Below, in pieces: positions 1 to 10,915 of a stretch of 64,000 bases of DNA. Position 1 is the first letter of the stretch; the number at the start of each line of letters is the position of its first letter. Below the pieces are notes generated by a model. That model made no database searches. It was given only the letters and a program-made list of their open reading frames with translations, and was not told the DNA's origin. The position numbers and the translations under genes are program-made. This stretch comes from an uncultured candidate division Zixibacteria bacterium (GTDB lineage: Bacteria; Zixibacteria; MSB-5A5; GN15; FEB-12): the NCBI GenBank assembly GCA_963806185.1, contig CAWDXE010000006.1, positions 128,001 through 192,000 on the forward strand, read 5' to 3'.

Positions 1-214
1 GATCAACGCCGGTCACCCGGATCCCCAGCTTTGCCAGCGGGATGGAAATGCGGCCAATGCCGCAGGGACAGTCGAGGAAACTCATCCCCTTCTTGAGCCG
101 CAGCTTCGCCATGATGTAGCGCGCCTCGGCACTTGCCTTGCGAGCGCTCTGCAGTTCCAGGACGTCATGAAAGTCCTCAAAGAAATCATTGAACCATTTC
201 TTCTCCGGTGCCAT
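1..214 (-). CDS. Class I SAM-dependent methyltransferase (5' part; runs off window edge)
   Basis: Manual translation from ATG at 214: MAPEKKWFNDFF...SFLDCPCGIGRISIPLAKLGIRVTGVD, which contains SAM motif I (LDxPCGxG) and the VTGVD strand; GGAG RBS upstream. Not in the ORF track. Confidence 0.85.
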   Translation of the reverse strand, partial: MAPEKKWFNDFFEDFHDVLELQSARKASAEARYIMAKLRLKKGMSFLDCPCGIGRISIPLAKLGIRVTGVD

Positions 215-243
215 ACACACGCTCCTTCCAAGCCCCCTTCACC

Positions 244-636
244 TTACCCTCGGCTTGCAAACGCCACCACGTGACAGTCGGGATCCATCACGTACGCCGC
301 GTTATCGCCCCAGCCGCGCAATTGCAGCGGGCTCAACTCAGTGGCGCCCGCATTCAACGCCCGTGTCACATACGCCTGCGGATCGTCAACCGTCAGATAC
401 AGCTCCGCGCGCGGAATTCCCTCCGCCCGCTCCGGATCCGGCAGCTTGTCGCCCAACAGCTTTTTGATGCCGGAACTGGGCATCAAACCGAGTGTCGAGT
501 TGTCAGTCAGCGCAAATTCGGTCATCCCGGGCACATGAAGCGTCGGCTCGGCCGCCAGCACCGCGCGGTAAAAATCAGCACTGACCTGCTGATCGCGAAC
601 ATAGAGTATGAAAAGCGAGGCCTTCACCGTTGTCAT
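244..636 (-). CDS. VOC/glyoxalase/bleomycin-resistance family protein
   Basis: 130 aa with ILYVRD..S.DFY, ELYLTVDD and WGDNAAYVMDPDCHVV, the typical VOC pattern. Confidence 0.85.
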   Translation of the reverse strand: MTTVKASLFILYVRDQQVSADFYRAVLAAEPTLHVPGMTEFALTDNSTLGLMPSSGIKKLLGDKLPDPERAEGIPRAELYLTVDDPQAYVTRALNAGATELSPLQLRGWGDNAAYVMDPDCHVVAFASRG

Positions 637-711
637 AGAATACGCTCAAGATAGACATGACTGTCCGGTCGGAAAAGCGAATTTGCAGTCCCGGCACTTG
701 GACTCAGTGCA

Positions 712-3192
712 CTATTGAATCACCACCAATTTGCCGGTCTGGTTGCCCGTGGCCGATTCAACCACCCAGTAATAGATCCCCGACACCGCTAACTGGTAAT
801 TCTTCGTGATCAGATCCCAGGCATCGTGTGTCGAATTGGGATCATCCGGCGCGTACTCGTGAATGATCTCCCGCACCAGGTCGCCGTCGAGACTGAGTAT
901 CGAAATCTTGCATCGCGCCGGCAAATTGCCGAAATGAATCCGCCGCCCCCGGTCGATATACAATGACTGGTCGTGATTCTCGTACCCCTTCAGTTCGTAG
1001 TCACCGTCGTACCGATACGGGTTGGGCCAGACATACACCGACGCCTTTTCCCCGGCGACCTCCGCACTTGACGGTATCGCCCACGCCGACGTGATCGTCT
1101 CCTGAAGGCGGCTCTCTTGCGCGGTGATACCCGCCGTGGCAAAGCCGAAATCAAAGGCGGTCACGGCTGCCCAGTATTGAACGGTCGGCAAAAGCTTGTC
1201 GATGATGTATTCGTACTCATAATATTTGGCCAGTCGTTTGCCGTTCACCACAATCACGTCATCATCCGTCCATTGCAGCGTGTCGTCGCTCGGTTTGACC
1301 GCGTCGGGGTAGACTTTGTGCACTTTGTCCGGGGCCAGAGGGGCGTTGTTCCCCTGCGGCAGAAAGCAGAGATATTCGCCGTTGATGACCAGTGGGTGTT
1401 CCCGGTCGTAAAGGCTCGGGTCAAAGTCCGGATCGAGATAGTACTCTCGCAATTGCGCCAGTGAATACGGATCGTTGGTCGGCCGCCAGTCCCAGCTTCC
1501 GTCCGGCGCTCCGGTCAGCCGATAGCGCACCCAGTCTTCACGATCGAAGGACGTCAGCAGCGAAAAACTCGACGGCCGCTCATCGAGTCCGAGAAAAACA
1601 TTGTACCCTTCGAAATCTCGTACGCGCGTAAGCGGATCGATGGACGTCTCCGAACGAAACCCGTTCCAGCGAATCGCCAGTTGCTCCAGCGATGGAATCA
1701 CGCGCATATCGGGCGGCGACGGTGGGCCATCGGCCCGCCAGTCCGGCACGCCGTCACCACGTACCCAGACCGTGTCGCCGTTGCACAACTCGAAGGTGCC
1801 GGAGTACCCATCACCGTCCGTATCATACCCGGGATTGTCATACACCCGACCTGCCCACACGGCGTTGGCGGCCAGATGGGAAAAATCGTACCGACTGTAC
1901 AACCAGTCCGGCTGCTGCGGATTGAATCGACTATACAACATCGGATCGATGATCACACTGTCACCGGCAACGATGGCATAAATGATGGTCCCCTTCGCGC
2001 CGGGGGGAAGATCAAATCCGCCCAGCGACGTGGTGGCCGTCGCCGGATATCCCGACGCGAGCCGGTCGGCCTCCGGCGGCGGCGGAAACCAGCCGTCAAC
2101 GTACCGATCCTTGGCCGCAAATATCTGATCGTAGTCGATCTCCGGATGGCTGAGAAAATAGTAAAGTTCGCCCGCCGTCTCCGGACCGTACTCGTGAAAC
2201 TGTCGGTATGGATCCTCCGGCGTCGCCCGCTTGCGGGGGCTGTAGTACATGTACCCCGGCAACCAGGCCTCCCAATTATAGTTCGGCGTCATTTTCTCCA
2301 CCGGGGCCGCAATGAATCGAAAACCGGCCGCCGCCCGCGCGGAGTATTTCGACCAGCGCTTTACCGTCGGCCGCGGATCCGCCACCATCGCGTAGGCCAG
2401 ATTAATCGTATCCTCTGACAGACAGTTGGCTCGCGGATAGGTGGGCAGGTAGCCGGTGTAGAACTTATCGAATTCCAGATCCAGCTCACCCAACTCGGTG
2501 ATATGGATGACCGGATTGTTGAAACTGAGACCGACGTAAATGTCGTTCAAGGGATGGTCGGTCACATTCTCCAACTGGCATTCGACCAGGACGAAATCAT
2601 CTGACCCCTTGCCGGCCCACGCCATCGATCGTTGGTAAATCCGAAGCCCGATCGGCGTATGAAACGGCGTGAGCACGGTATCAAGATATTCGCATCGAAT
2701 GTCTAGATCCGAACGAGCCGTCGACGAATAAATGCCCGTCCGCGCTCGCTCGGCACTCGAATAGCGGAAAGGCTGAACACCGTAAAACAAAGGCTGCCAG
2801 TCGAACATACAATTCAGCGTATCATAACCCGCTATTGCCCCGATCCACATGTATGAATCCAACAGGAATACATGACCGCTGTTGGCGGGATACGTGCATC
2901 GCTGGATCGGGTCATTACTCAACGGATCGATCACCGGCATCGCCTGACCAAAAATGTCCCAGCTGTACGGCAAACCAAAGCGACCGCTGTTGCTGACCGA
3001 GAGCTGTATGTTCCCCTGATTGTGGGCGGTTTCGTTAGTGGCAATATCGGCCTGCGCCGCCGCGCGCACCGAGGGTATTCGCTGCTGGATGAGCTTGGAG
3101 GGAACAGTGTCCGTCGTCTGCCCGACAGCCGACCCCGGGCGCCATGTCAGGAGGAGGAGCGTCCCAAGAAGGAAAACTAGAGGAACCCGCAC
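712..3192 (-). CDS. Secreted protein with FN3-like region and T9SS-type C-terminal sorting domain variant
   Basis: N-terminal signal peptide; C-terminus VYVWPNPY...IHFGNLP...WDL...SGIY...GKLVVIQ. Confidence 0.75.
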   Translation of the reverse strand: MRVPLVFLLGTLLLLTWRPGSAVGQTTDTVPSKLIQQRIPSVRAAAQADIATNETAHNQGNIQLSVSNSGRFGLPYSWDIFGQAMPVIDPLSNDPIQRCTYPANSGHVFLLDSYMWIGAIAGYDTLNCMFDWQPLFYGVQPFRYSSAERARTGIYSSTARSDLDIRCEYLDTVLTPFHTPIGLRIYQRSMAWAGKGSDDFVLVECQLENVTDHPLNDIYVGLSFNNPVIHITELGELDLEFDKFYTGYLPTYPRANCLSEDTINLAYAMVADPRPTVKRWSKYSARAAAGFRFIAAPVEKMTPNYNWEAWLPGYMYYSPRKRATPEDPYRQFHEYGPETAGELYYFLSHPEIDYDQIFAAKDRYVDGWFPPPPEADRLASGYPATATTSLGGFDLPPGAKGTIIYAIVAGDSVIIDPMLYSRFNPQQPDWLYSRYDFSHLAANAVWAGRVYDNPGYDTDGDGYSGTFELCNGDTVWVRGDGVPDWRADGPPSPPDMRVIPSLEQLAIRWNGFRSETSIDPLTRVRDFEGYNVFLGLDERPSSFSLLTSFDREDWVRYRLTGAPDGSWDWRPTNDPYSLAQLREYYLDPDFDPSLYDREHPLVINGEYLCFLPQGNNAPLAPDKVHKVYPDAVKPSDDTLQWTDDDVIVVNGKRLAKYYEYEYIIDKLLPTVQYWAAVTAFDFGFATAGITAQESRLQETITSAWAIPSSAEVAGEKASVYVWPNPYRYDGDYELKGYENHDQSLYIDRGRRIHFGNLPARCKISILSLDGDLVREIIHEYAPDDPNSTHDAWDLITKNYQLAVSGIYYWVVESATGNQTGKLVVIQ

Positions 3193-3569
3193 GAAGTCGC
3201 CTGTGGACCTTTCGCCAAAAGTATACTTGGCTATGAATATACTCAGTGAAACCGGTTACTTCAAGACCGACTCTTCCCGGTCCCAGCTGCCCGAGCGTCA
3301 TTGCCAAGGAGAAAGTGTTCGAACCCGCTTGTCTATCACTCGGCGGATCTTCGATTGACAAAACCGCCAAAATGCGTACTTTATGGCATACCATACTGCT
3401 GATCCAACGGTTACCTCAGCAACCGCCGGCGAAAGCTAAGAGCACCATGATTTTGCCAAGCGTGCCGACCACGACGGCGGCCGGGAAAGTCCCGCCCGCG
3501 AGTGGTCAACAGTCCGAATTTTCCGACATACGAATATATTGACGCCGTAACTTCTGGAATGGATACACT

Positions 3570-6500
3570 ATGATACCGTACGCACGCATTACCATTTTGA
3601 CGCTGGCCCTGTCTGTCCTACTGGCGGTCAGCCTGCTGGCCGTTGCCCCGACCGATGAGGCGCGCGAGCGCTGGAAAGCTGAGGGCACCTACGACAAGCA
3701 GATTCAGAACTGGACCGACTTTAAGGCCGCTGGCGGATGCCAACCAAATGAGAATACCCCCTTCCCCGAAGGACGAGTCAGCACCCGCACCGCTCTCGAT
3801 GCCAACGCGGTTGATACCTTGAAAGTGCTGGTCATTCTGGTCGATTTCCCCGACTGCAAGTACGACCAATCAACCTACGCCATTCCGGGCGGCGGCACCC
3901 TTACCATGAACGCGGTGGGCACGACTGCAAAATTCGACTCCCTTCTCTTCTCCGTCGCCACCGTGCCGACCGGCTCTATGACTGATTTCTACTGGGAGAC
4001 TTCGTATCAGCGAATTCTGATCCAGGGTACGTCCGTGGGCTGGTACACCATGCCGCAGAACTACTCGTACTATGTCGGTACGAACGACGGCTTGACGATG
4101 GGTTCGACTCTGGCCGGCCAGGCGATTCTCGCCGCCGATGCCGGCGGCGTGGACTTCACGCAATACGACAATGACGATGACGAAACGGTCGAAGGGGTGA
4201 TCATCATTCACGCTGGACCGGGCGCCGAAACGGGCGCCTATGGCATCTGGTCGCACAAATCGAACCCGCAAGGAGCCGGCCTCCCCGACGGCATGCTGGT
4301 CGCATCTTATACCCTGAACCCGGAAGAGTACGGAAGCGGACTGTCGACTGTGGGCGTTTACTGCCATGAGTGGGGACACGTCATGGGATTGCCCGATCTG
4401 TACGATATCAACGAGACCAACAGCCCGAATAACGACGGACTGGGTGACTGGTCTTTGATGGCCGGCGGAAGCTGGAACGACAATGGCCGTCACCCGGCCC
4501 ATTTAGACGCCTGGTGCAAGACCCAACTCGGCCTCGCCAGCATCACCTGGCTGAGCGCCAACCAGAAACAGGTCGAAGTTCCGGCGATTCAATACAATCC
4601 CGTGGTGTATGGCTTGCGGAATACCACGGTCAGCACGTCGCAATACTGGCTGATCGAGAACCGGCGCAAGGTTGGTTTTGACGCCTACATCCCGTGGCAC
4701 GGCCTCATGATCTACCACATAGACAATTCGGTTGGCACCAACGACAATCCCGACCGGCTGCATGTCGGACTTGAGCAGGCAGACGGCATGTTCAGCCTGG
4801 AACAGGTGGGCGGTAGTGACGTCGGAGACCCCTGGCCGGGCTCGGCGAATAAGCGCAATTTCAACGATCGGACTGTCCCCAATTCCCGCACCAACATCGC
4901 CGGCGCGGTCACCCAGGTCGGCGTCTGGAACATTTCCAATTCCGACTCGCTCATGTACGCTGACATGGATATCCGCTGGTCGCGCCCATATGTCGAATTT
5001 TTCGGCAGCGACTCGATTGCGATTTCCGACGCCGCCGGCGGCGACAACGACGGCCTCTACGAACAGGGTGAAACCGTCACGTTCAATTGCCGCATTCGAA
5101 ACACCATGCTGTCCGTCGGCATGGCGCGCATGCACCTGTCGTGCGACAATCCGAACCTGACCATACTCAACAACGACGGCTTGTCATCGGCCGTATTAAC
5201 CAGCAACACCAACGTCACGCTGGCCACACCGATGCAGATTCAAATTCCGGCCAATTTCCAGTCACGCAAAGTCAACTTCACCTTGCAAGTGTCGATCGAT
5301 TCGACCATCTCGCCCGGCAATGACTCCACCTTCTCGCACACTTTCACCTTTGCACGATCTTTCGGCGCGCCGCAGATTCTGGTCGTCGACGACGACAATG
5401 GCCAGTTGCGCAGCGGGGTCGGGTATGAGAAGCGAATTAAGGACGCCCTCGACCGCCTTGGCTTCCCCTATGTCGTCTGGACCAAGCTGACGCAGGGCTC
5501 GCCTACACCGTCGACCATGTTCCAGTACCTGTCGGTGGTTTGGTATACGGGACCAAGTTCGCAGGATGGCGGCGACTACGGCGGTGTGCTGACTGTCGCC
5601 GATGTCACGGCGATGAAAGCCCACCTCGACGCCGGCGGCAGCCTGTTGCTCAGCAGCAATACCGGCGCCGATCAATTAAACACACTCGATCCGTCCTTCC
5701 TGACCAACTACCTGCATTGCACTGTCGACGGACACATCCCGGTTGACGAATTCGCGCAGGAATACCATGGTGTCACCGGCAGTTCCATTGGCGACGGACT
5801 CAAGATCCAGTTCGGCAGCAGTGAACCGGTCTACTATATGGGGGCTCTGCTGGATACGATTAATGGCGGACAGTTTGAATTCTACGGCCAAGGCGAGATG
5901 GGCGGCACCGTCTACGGCTACATCGGCGTCAGCTATCTGGGCACCTATCGCACCCTCTTCCTGACTGTCCCGATCGAATCGACCAATGACGGTCTCATCG
6001 CTCAGGGGTGGGCGCCGCGCGATAGCCTGCTCATGCGGGCGCTCAACTTCTATCAGGGCTCACCCGTCGTGCCAGCAATTTCCTATCTCCGCGTGCAGGG
6101 CGAAGGCGACATCAACCATGTCGTGACCAACTCACCGACTCTGCAATGGAGCTACGTCCACTGGCTCGGCATCACGCCCCAGCAATACGAACTGGAGGTC
6201 GGCACCGATAACGAATGGTCGACCGCCGAAATGTGGGATCCGGCGACCGTTCCAACCGGAGACTCCAGCGTCGCATACGGTGGCGCGCCGCTTGCCGACG
6301 GGCAAACCTACTACGTCCGCGTCCGCGCTCATGACGGCAGTGACTGGACTACCTGGTTTGTCTTTGCCATGAGACTCAACTCCGCCCCGGGTGCGGCCGC
6401 GCCGCTCGATCCGGTCAACGGTGCCATTAGCGCCACCGGAAACCTGACCACCACCAATGCTGCCGACGCCGAGAGCGACGGACTGGCATACCAATTCCAG

Positions 6501-7208
6501 GTCTACGCCGACAGCGCGGGAACTTCGCTCCTGCGCTCGTCGAGTGACGTATCCGAAACGCCTTCCACCACCGGATGGATCATTATACCGGCCCTCCCCG
6601 ATGACAATGTCTACTGGTGGCGTGTACGTGCGTACGACGGAACCGAGTATTCGTCCTGGTCGACCCTCGAAAAATTCGTCCTGAATGCCTCGTCACAGGC
6701 GCCGTCGGCTTTCACGCTGACCACGCCGCCCGAGCCGTCGAATCTGCCGGTCTTCGATCTCAAGCCGACGTTCAGTTGGTCGACCGCCACCGATACCGAT
6801 CCGGGTGATACCGTGCGCTACCGGTTGGAGATCGACGACAACAGCGGCCTGACGACACCGACCACTGTCGACTCGCTGCTGATCACCTCACACGAGGTCG
6901 CCGATTCGCTGGCTTTTGGAACGCAATACTGGTGGCGTGTTACCGCGTACGACAAGTCCGGGCTATCCACTCAGGCGGCCGTCAAGAACTTCTGGACCTG
7001 GCAGCTTGGTGATGTTGATCACTCGCACGGCACCGACATCGGTGACCTGACCGTGCTCATCAACAATCTGTTCATCACCTTTGAACCGATCAATCCCCCG
7101 TTGGTCGCCGACATGACCGGTGACTGCCAGGTGGATATCGGCGACCTGACTGCGCTTATCAATAACTTGTTCATCACGTTTGGACCTTTGGGTATCGGCT
7201 GCCAGTAA
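3570..7208 (+). CDS. M6 family (immune inhibitor A-like) zinc metallopeptidase with FN3-like repeats and C-terminal dockerin-like domain
   Basis: Signal peptide; VLVILVDFPD, HAGPG, zinc motif HEWGHVMGLPDLYD, WSLMAGGSW; YWWRV FN3-like strands; duplicated D(I)GDLTxLINNLFITF at about 7003-7205. Confidence 0.9.
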   Translation: MIPYARITILTLALSVLLAVSLLAVAPTDEARERWKAEGTYDKQIQNWTDFKAAGGCQPNENTPFPEGRVSTRTALDANAVDTLKVLVILVDFPDCKYDQSTYAIPGGGTLTMNAVGTTAKFDSLLFSVATVPTGSMTDFYWETSYQRILIQGTSVGWYTMPQNYSYYVGTNDGLTMGSTLAGQAILAADAGGVDFTQYDNDDDETVEGVIIIHAGPGAETGAYGIWSHKSNPQGAGLPDGMLVASYTLNPEEYGSGLSTVGVYCHEWGHVMGLPDLYDINETNSPNNDGLGDWSLMAGGSWNDNGRHPAHLDAWCKTQLGLASITWLSANQKQVEVPAIQYNPVVYGLRNTTVSTSQYWLIENRRKVGFDAYIPWHGLMIYHIDNSVGTNDNPDRLHVGLEQADGMFSLEQVGGSDVGDPWPGSANKRNFNDRTVPNSRTNIAGAVTQVGVWNISNSDSLMYADMDIRWSRPYVEFFGSDSIAISDAAGGDNDGLYEQGETVTFNCRIRNTMLSVGMARMHLSCDNPNLTILNNDGLSSAVLTSNTNVTLATPMQIQIPANFQSRKVNFTLQVSIDSTISPGNDSTFSHTFTFARSFGAPQILVVDDDNGQLRSGVGYEKRIKDALDRLGFPYVVWTKLTQGSPTPSTMFQYLSVVWYTGPSSQDGGDYGGVLTVADVTAMKAHLDAGGSLLLSSNTGADQLNTLDPSFLTNYLHCTVDGHIPVDEFAQEYHGVTGSSIGDGLKIQFGSSEPVYYMGALLDTINGGQFEFYGQGEMGGTVYGYIGVSYLGTYRTLFLTVPIESTNDGLIAQGWAPRDSLLMRALNFYQGSPVVPAISYLRVQGEGDINHVVTNSPTLQWSYVHWLGITPQQYELEVGTDNEWSTAEMWDPATVPTGDSSVAYGGAPLADGQTYYVRVRAHDGSDWTTWFVFAMRLNSAPGAAAPLDPVNGAISATGNLTTTNAADAESDGLAYQFQVYADSAGTSLLRSSSDVSETPSTTGWIIIPALPDDNVYWWRVRAYDGTEYSSWSTLEKFVLNASSQAPSAFTLTTPPEPSNLPVFDLKPTFSWSTATDTDPGDTVRYRLEIDDNSGLTTPTTVDSLLITSHEVADSLAFGTQYWWRVTAYDKSGLSTQAAVKNFWTWQLGDVDHSHGTDIGDLTVLINNLFITFEPINPPLVADMTGDCQVDIGDLTALINNLFITFGPLGIGCQ

Positions 7209-7254
7209 TCTCGGTCGCTGCCGGCAGTCTCAGTCGCTATCCGCACCCTTCTTG

Positions 7255-7351
7255 CGTCATCCTGAACCTTTTCTAAAAAGTTCAGGATCTCAGTGTTCGG
7301 CAAACCCGCGTGCCTGCCATCGCGAGGCGCGCTTCGCGCCGTGGCGATCTC
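7255..7351. repeat. REP-like palindrome cluster (two families)
   Basis: cgtcATCCTGAAC...GTTCAGGATctc (7255-7291) and gccatcgcgaggc...gccgtggcgatctc (7316-7351), between convergent genes; both families recur in the window. Confidence 0.8.
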
Positions 7352-7414
7352 GCAGTTCCATTCTTCCCGTTGATGACGATTACCGATTGTCATATGTGGC
7401 ACGCAAGTGTCGGC

Positions 7415-9238
7415 TCATGGTACCTCGAAGTGAAAACAAGGAATCACCGGCGGCGGTCCTTCGAGAAACAGGAAATTCACCATATACGTAAGGTCCCCAG
7501 AGGCCTCAACCTGCCCGTCGCAGTTGCAGTCGCCAAGGAGTGGCGTCGGGAAAGGCGGCTCAAAAGAGATGAACATGTAGTCTATCAACCGGGTGAGGTC
7601 GTTGATGTCAATGCCTCCGCTGTTGTCGGCATCGCCGCGTGCAATCGAGAGGACAGCCCGAAAGGCGTCGACGCGGCCGTGACCGTACTCCAAGTTGGGC
7701 GAACCTGTCCCCAGCGGAACCGCCGAGTGATCAAGAATATCGCATACCTCTGTTCGAGATAAACTCTCGGATCGGGAAAGTATCAGAGCGGCGGCGCCCG
7801 CTACGACTGGGCAGGCGGCAGAAGTGCCCCCAAACAGGCAATCGTAGTTGATGTCATTAGGGGAGTCGCAGTTCCATGTTCGCGGGTATGTCGGGTTATA
7901 TCCGAGCGAGTCCATCTGATCGAGAGTCCACACGTCGCCATAATGCCCGGCCATACCGCTGGGCGCCATGATATCCAGATTCATCCCGTATTGACTATAG
8001 TACCAACGCGTATCGCTTGAAGTGAGTGCACCTACGGCGTAGCAACTTAGTCTGAACGATGGATAGCAGATGAAAGAAGCCTCAAAATTGCCGCTCGCGA
8101 AGATAATGGGACAACCCTTTCCGTCGCGTCCGAACAATGCAGCCCGGTCGAGCGCATCATCGACATCTGCGTACAGATCATCACCGGTTATGTAGGCCCA
8201 ACTATTCGAGAGAATATCAGCGCCGTTCTCATATGCCCAGGCAATCGCACTGGCGACATGGTCGTGAGTCACTCCCTGTCCGTCATCCCCAAATATTTTC
8301 ACGGGAAGTATCTTGATGGCGGGTGACATTGAAATGACTCCTGAAGTTACCCCTAGTCCAGCCAAACTGTCAGTAGTATGACTTGCTGCAATAATACCTG
8401 AGCACGCCATCCCATGGTTTCTCCATGGCCCCGGTGCGGGATTGGTGTCATAAGGAGTGACGGAGAAGTCTCGACCGTTGAGGATTCTTACTTGTGGAAG
8501 GTCCTCGTGAATAGTAACTCCCTCATCTATCACTGCCACAACAATAGTATCAAGTACCCCGCTAAAATCCCATACAGTCTGCGAATTGAATTGCCCGATC
8601 ACTTTCTTGACATGCCACTGGTGGCTCTGATAGTGATCAAATAGCTTGTAAGAACACAAGACTGGCCTCAAACCAAATATCGGGTGCGAATAGCGTATTC
8701 CGGGCAAGGCGTGAAGATCATTAGCTAGGGTCAATAGGCGTCGCGTCTGCGGATTCAGGTTGCGAGCCACGAATACGTTTGGCAGGTACTCGAGTTCGCG
8801 CACGGTGTCTGCTCCATATATGTGGAGGATCGAAGAGAGACTGTCGCGCGAAATATTCGCTTCGAACGCTATGACAAGTTCATCTCCGACCGGTGCGGGC
8901 AGTGAATCATTGATGTAGTAGTATGGTTCAGCGACCTCAATGCCGCTCGTGCGATTCAAGGTGTCCAGAAATTCATACAAACCACCCCCCGGTGCGATAG
9001 CTACGGACACGAAGCCATCCAACGCGTCCCCGTCCGCAATTATGGAATCAAGTCGCGGCACGGATTCGATCACCCACTCCTGCGGAACTTCGGTATCAAA
9101 CTTGAGACAAACCTTAGCTGTGTCGACCCGCAGATTGATCTGCCCGCTCCCGCCGTAGTAATACTCCGCTTGTGCCGATGGAGATGCCACCAGCACGAGC
9201 AGCGTCATCAGTGCACATGCAATGACGCGCCTCTGCAT
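7415..9238 (-). CDS. S8 subtilisin-like serine peptidase with C-terminal dockerin-like domain
   Basis: Signal peptide; triad motifs VAVIDEG, NHGMAC, GTSAAC; C-terminal GDADNSGGIDINDLT..IDYMF / GDCNCDG..GDLTYMVNFLF; AAGGAG RBS. Confidence 0.9.
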   Translation of the reverse strand: MQRRVIACALMTLLVLVASPSAQAEYYYGGSGQINLRVDTAKVCLKFDTEVPQEWVIESVPRLDSIIADGDALDGFVSVAIAPGGGLYEFLDTLNRTSGIEVAEPYYYINDSLPAPVGDELVIAFEANISRDSLSSILHIYGADTVRELEYLPNVFVARNLNPQTRRLLTLANDLHALPGIRYSHPIFGLRPVLCSYKLFDHYQSHQWHVKKVIGQFNSQTVWDFSGVLDTIVVAVIDEGVTIHEDLPQVRILNGRDFSVTPYDTNPAPGPWRNHGMACSGIIAASHTTDSLAGLGVTSGVISMSPAIKILPVKIFGDDGQGVTHDHVASAIAWAYENGADILSNSWAYITGDDLYADVDDALDRAALFGRDGKGCPIIFASGNFEASFICYPSFRLSCYAVGALTSSDTRWYYSQYGMNLDIMAPSGMAGHYGDVWTLDQMDSLGYNPTYPRTWNCDSPNDINYDCLFGGTSAACPVVAGAAALILSRSESLSRTEVCDILDHSAVPLGTGSPNLEYGHGRVDAFRAVLSIARGDADNSGGIDINDLTRLIDYMFISFEPPFPTPLLGDCNCDGQVEASGDLTYMVNFLFLEGPPPVIPCFHFEVP

Positions 9239-9259
9239 AACTCCTCCTTTGTTGAAGAA

Positions 9260-10339
9260 CTACCTTCCCGCCTGACACGTGATATCGTAAAAGAGAGCCT
9301 GCACATTGAAGTTGCAGTAGCCGGTAATCGTCCGGCTACGCACGTCGAAAACAACAAGATCGTTGCCAATGATCGACCGTACCCCTACTAGCGTCTTGCC
9401 ATCCGGCGTAATTGCCATCGAGCCGATCGGCATCTGATACTTCAACGGATCCTCCGGCCCACCGGCAAGGCCCAAAGTGCTGACTTCGCTGACGGAATTG
9501 GATGGCACGTCATAGATGTAAAAGGCCGAGGGCGCCAGATCACTGATCATGCTTCCCTCGTTGGTGAAAAACACCGTCTTGCTATCCGGTGCAACTACAA
9601 TGCCACCTGGGCCGGGGGTTAAGTCCTGCCGATAAATCAGCGAGTCAGCCGCAACGTCATAAACTCCAAAAGAATAACCGAAGGAATTCCAACATGAGTA
9701 CAAGTACCAGAGTTTTTCATCGCGGGATGGTACGATTCGTGTAAGTGCGCCGGGCATCGCCGGGATGGTCTTTCGCTCTACATGAATGGTCCGCCCGATA
9801 GTTGCGCACATGATTTCGTTATGAGGTGTCCCCCAGATTAAGCAGTAGAACGTTCTGCTATCGCTGGAGAATATGCCGGCAGACACATTCAGCGTATCAT
9901 CAGAGAACCGCACGCAATAGCTGGGAAGACTCATGATCGTCAATCCGAGCAAGCTCCGATTGAGCAACGCAAGTAGCTTTCCATTGGGTGAACTTGCGGT
10001 TTCCTGAGTCGGATTATGCAGAGTGCGGACAAACTGCCCCGACTCGGTCGTGAACACCATCAACGAATCACCCAGGGACACATACAGAAAGCGGCCATCG
10101 GCAGAGACATTCGAGCGAAGCGACGCAGGCAGGCTATCGCTCACCGTATCTATCGCGCAGGTGGAGGGTGCGAGGCGAAGCACTCGACGACTGCTTAACC
10201 CATCTAACCCATAGAAGTCGTACGATACCGGTTTAGGATTCGGCCCGATCGGGTCATCACACCCCGCCAACCAGACGGCGACCACCACCCAACAGAGCGG
10301 GATCGCGGTCCGTGATAGCTTTCGCCACTTTGATGTCAT
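9260..10339 (-). CDS. Lipoprotein, YncE/YVTN-like beta-propeller
   Basis: Lipobox LAGC; repeated SxDG/TPDG blade motifs; GGAGG RBS. Confidence 0.7.
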   Translation of the reverse strand: MTSKWRKLSRTAIPLCWVVVAVWLAGCDDPIGPNPKPVSYDFYGLDGLSSRRVLRLAPSTCAIDTVSDSLPASLRSNVSADGRFLYVSLGDSLMVFTTESGQFVRTLHNPTQETASSPNGKLLALLNRSLLGLTIMSLPSYCVRFSDDTLNVSAGIFSSDSRTFYCLIWGTPHNEIMCATIGRTIHVERKTIPAMPGALTRIVPSRDEKLWYLYSCWNSFGYSFGVYDVAADSLIYRQDLTPGPGGIVVAPDSKTVFFTNEGSMISDLAPSAFYIYDVPSNSVSEVSTLGLAGGPEDPLKYQMPIGSMAITPDGKTLVGVRSIIGNDLVVFDVRSRTITGYCNFNVQALFYDITCQAGR

Positions 10340-10554
10340 GAAACCTCCCCATCGTCGCGAAGACGATGACCACTACATCATCTAATGCGTGCCCACTCTC
10401 TTGTCAAGTGATATTTTGTGGACAGCCCGGTCGATCACTGACAGAATCTGTCAGTAGATGTGCCGATGTGAACCCTGTACGCAAGGCGCATCTCCGCCAT
10501 TACCTTGTGACATAATATGATGGAGATTTCTAGATTAGTTTTCAGGCGTGGACT

Positions 10555-10803
10555 CCGTACCCCATCCAACGGATGGGTTCTATTTCTCTGGCTTTCCCCT
10601 CACGATGTTCGATGGACTGAGATTGCCACGAGTCTCGTCGCCGACGGCTCCAGTTCAGAGGACTATGCAAAGGGAAAACCGGAGAAAGAAAAACCCACCT
10701 GATAGGTGGGCTACGGAACCGAGATCCTGAATCATCGGAATGATTCAGGATGACGACATGGTGGAGGTTCAGGATAACGAGATGGTGGAGGTTTAGGATG
10801 ACA
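10555..10803. repeat. REP-like cluster: GTAC/GTAG hairpin pair plus reversed CGTC-type REP with two 24-bp half-unit repeats
   Basis: ccgtaccccatcc-aac-ggatggg (10555), aacccacc-tgata-ggtgggctacgg (about 10692-10716), gagatcctgaatcat..atgattcaggatgacg (10721-10755), then atggtggaggtt(c/t)aggat(a/g)ac twice. Confidence 0.8.
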
Positions 10804-10915
10804 ATTCATAAAGACGCCAAAAGTGCGACTCTGTCCGCTCCGTTTTTTTCTTGTAGCTATTCAACTTTCCGTCGGCGATATTTCTGGACGACCAACGACG
10901 CAAGGAAGGGTGAGC

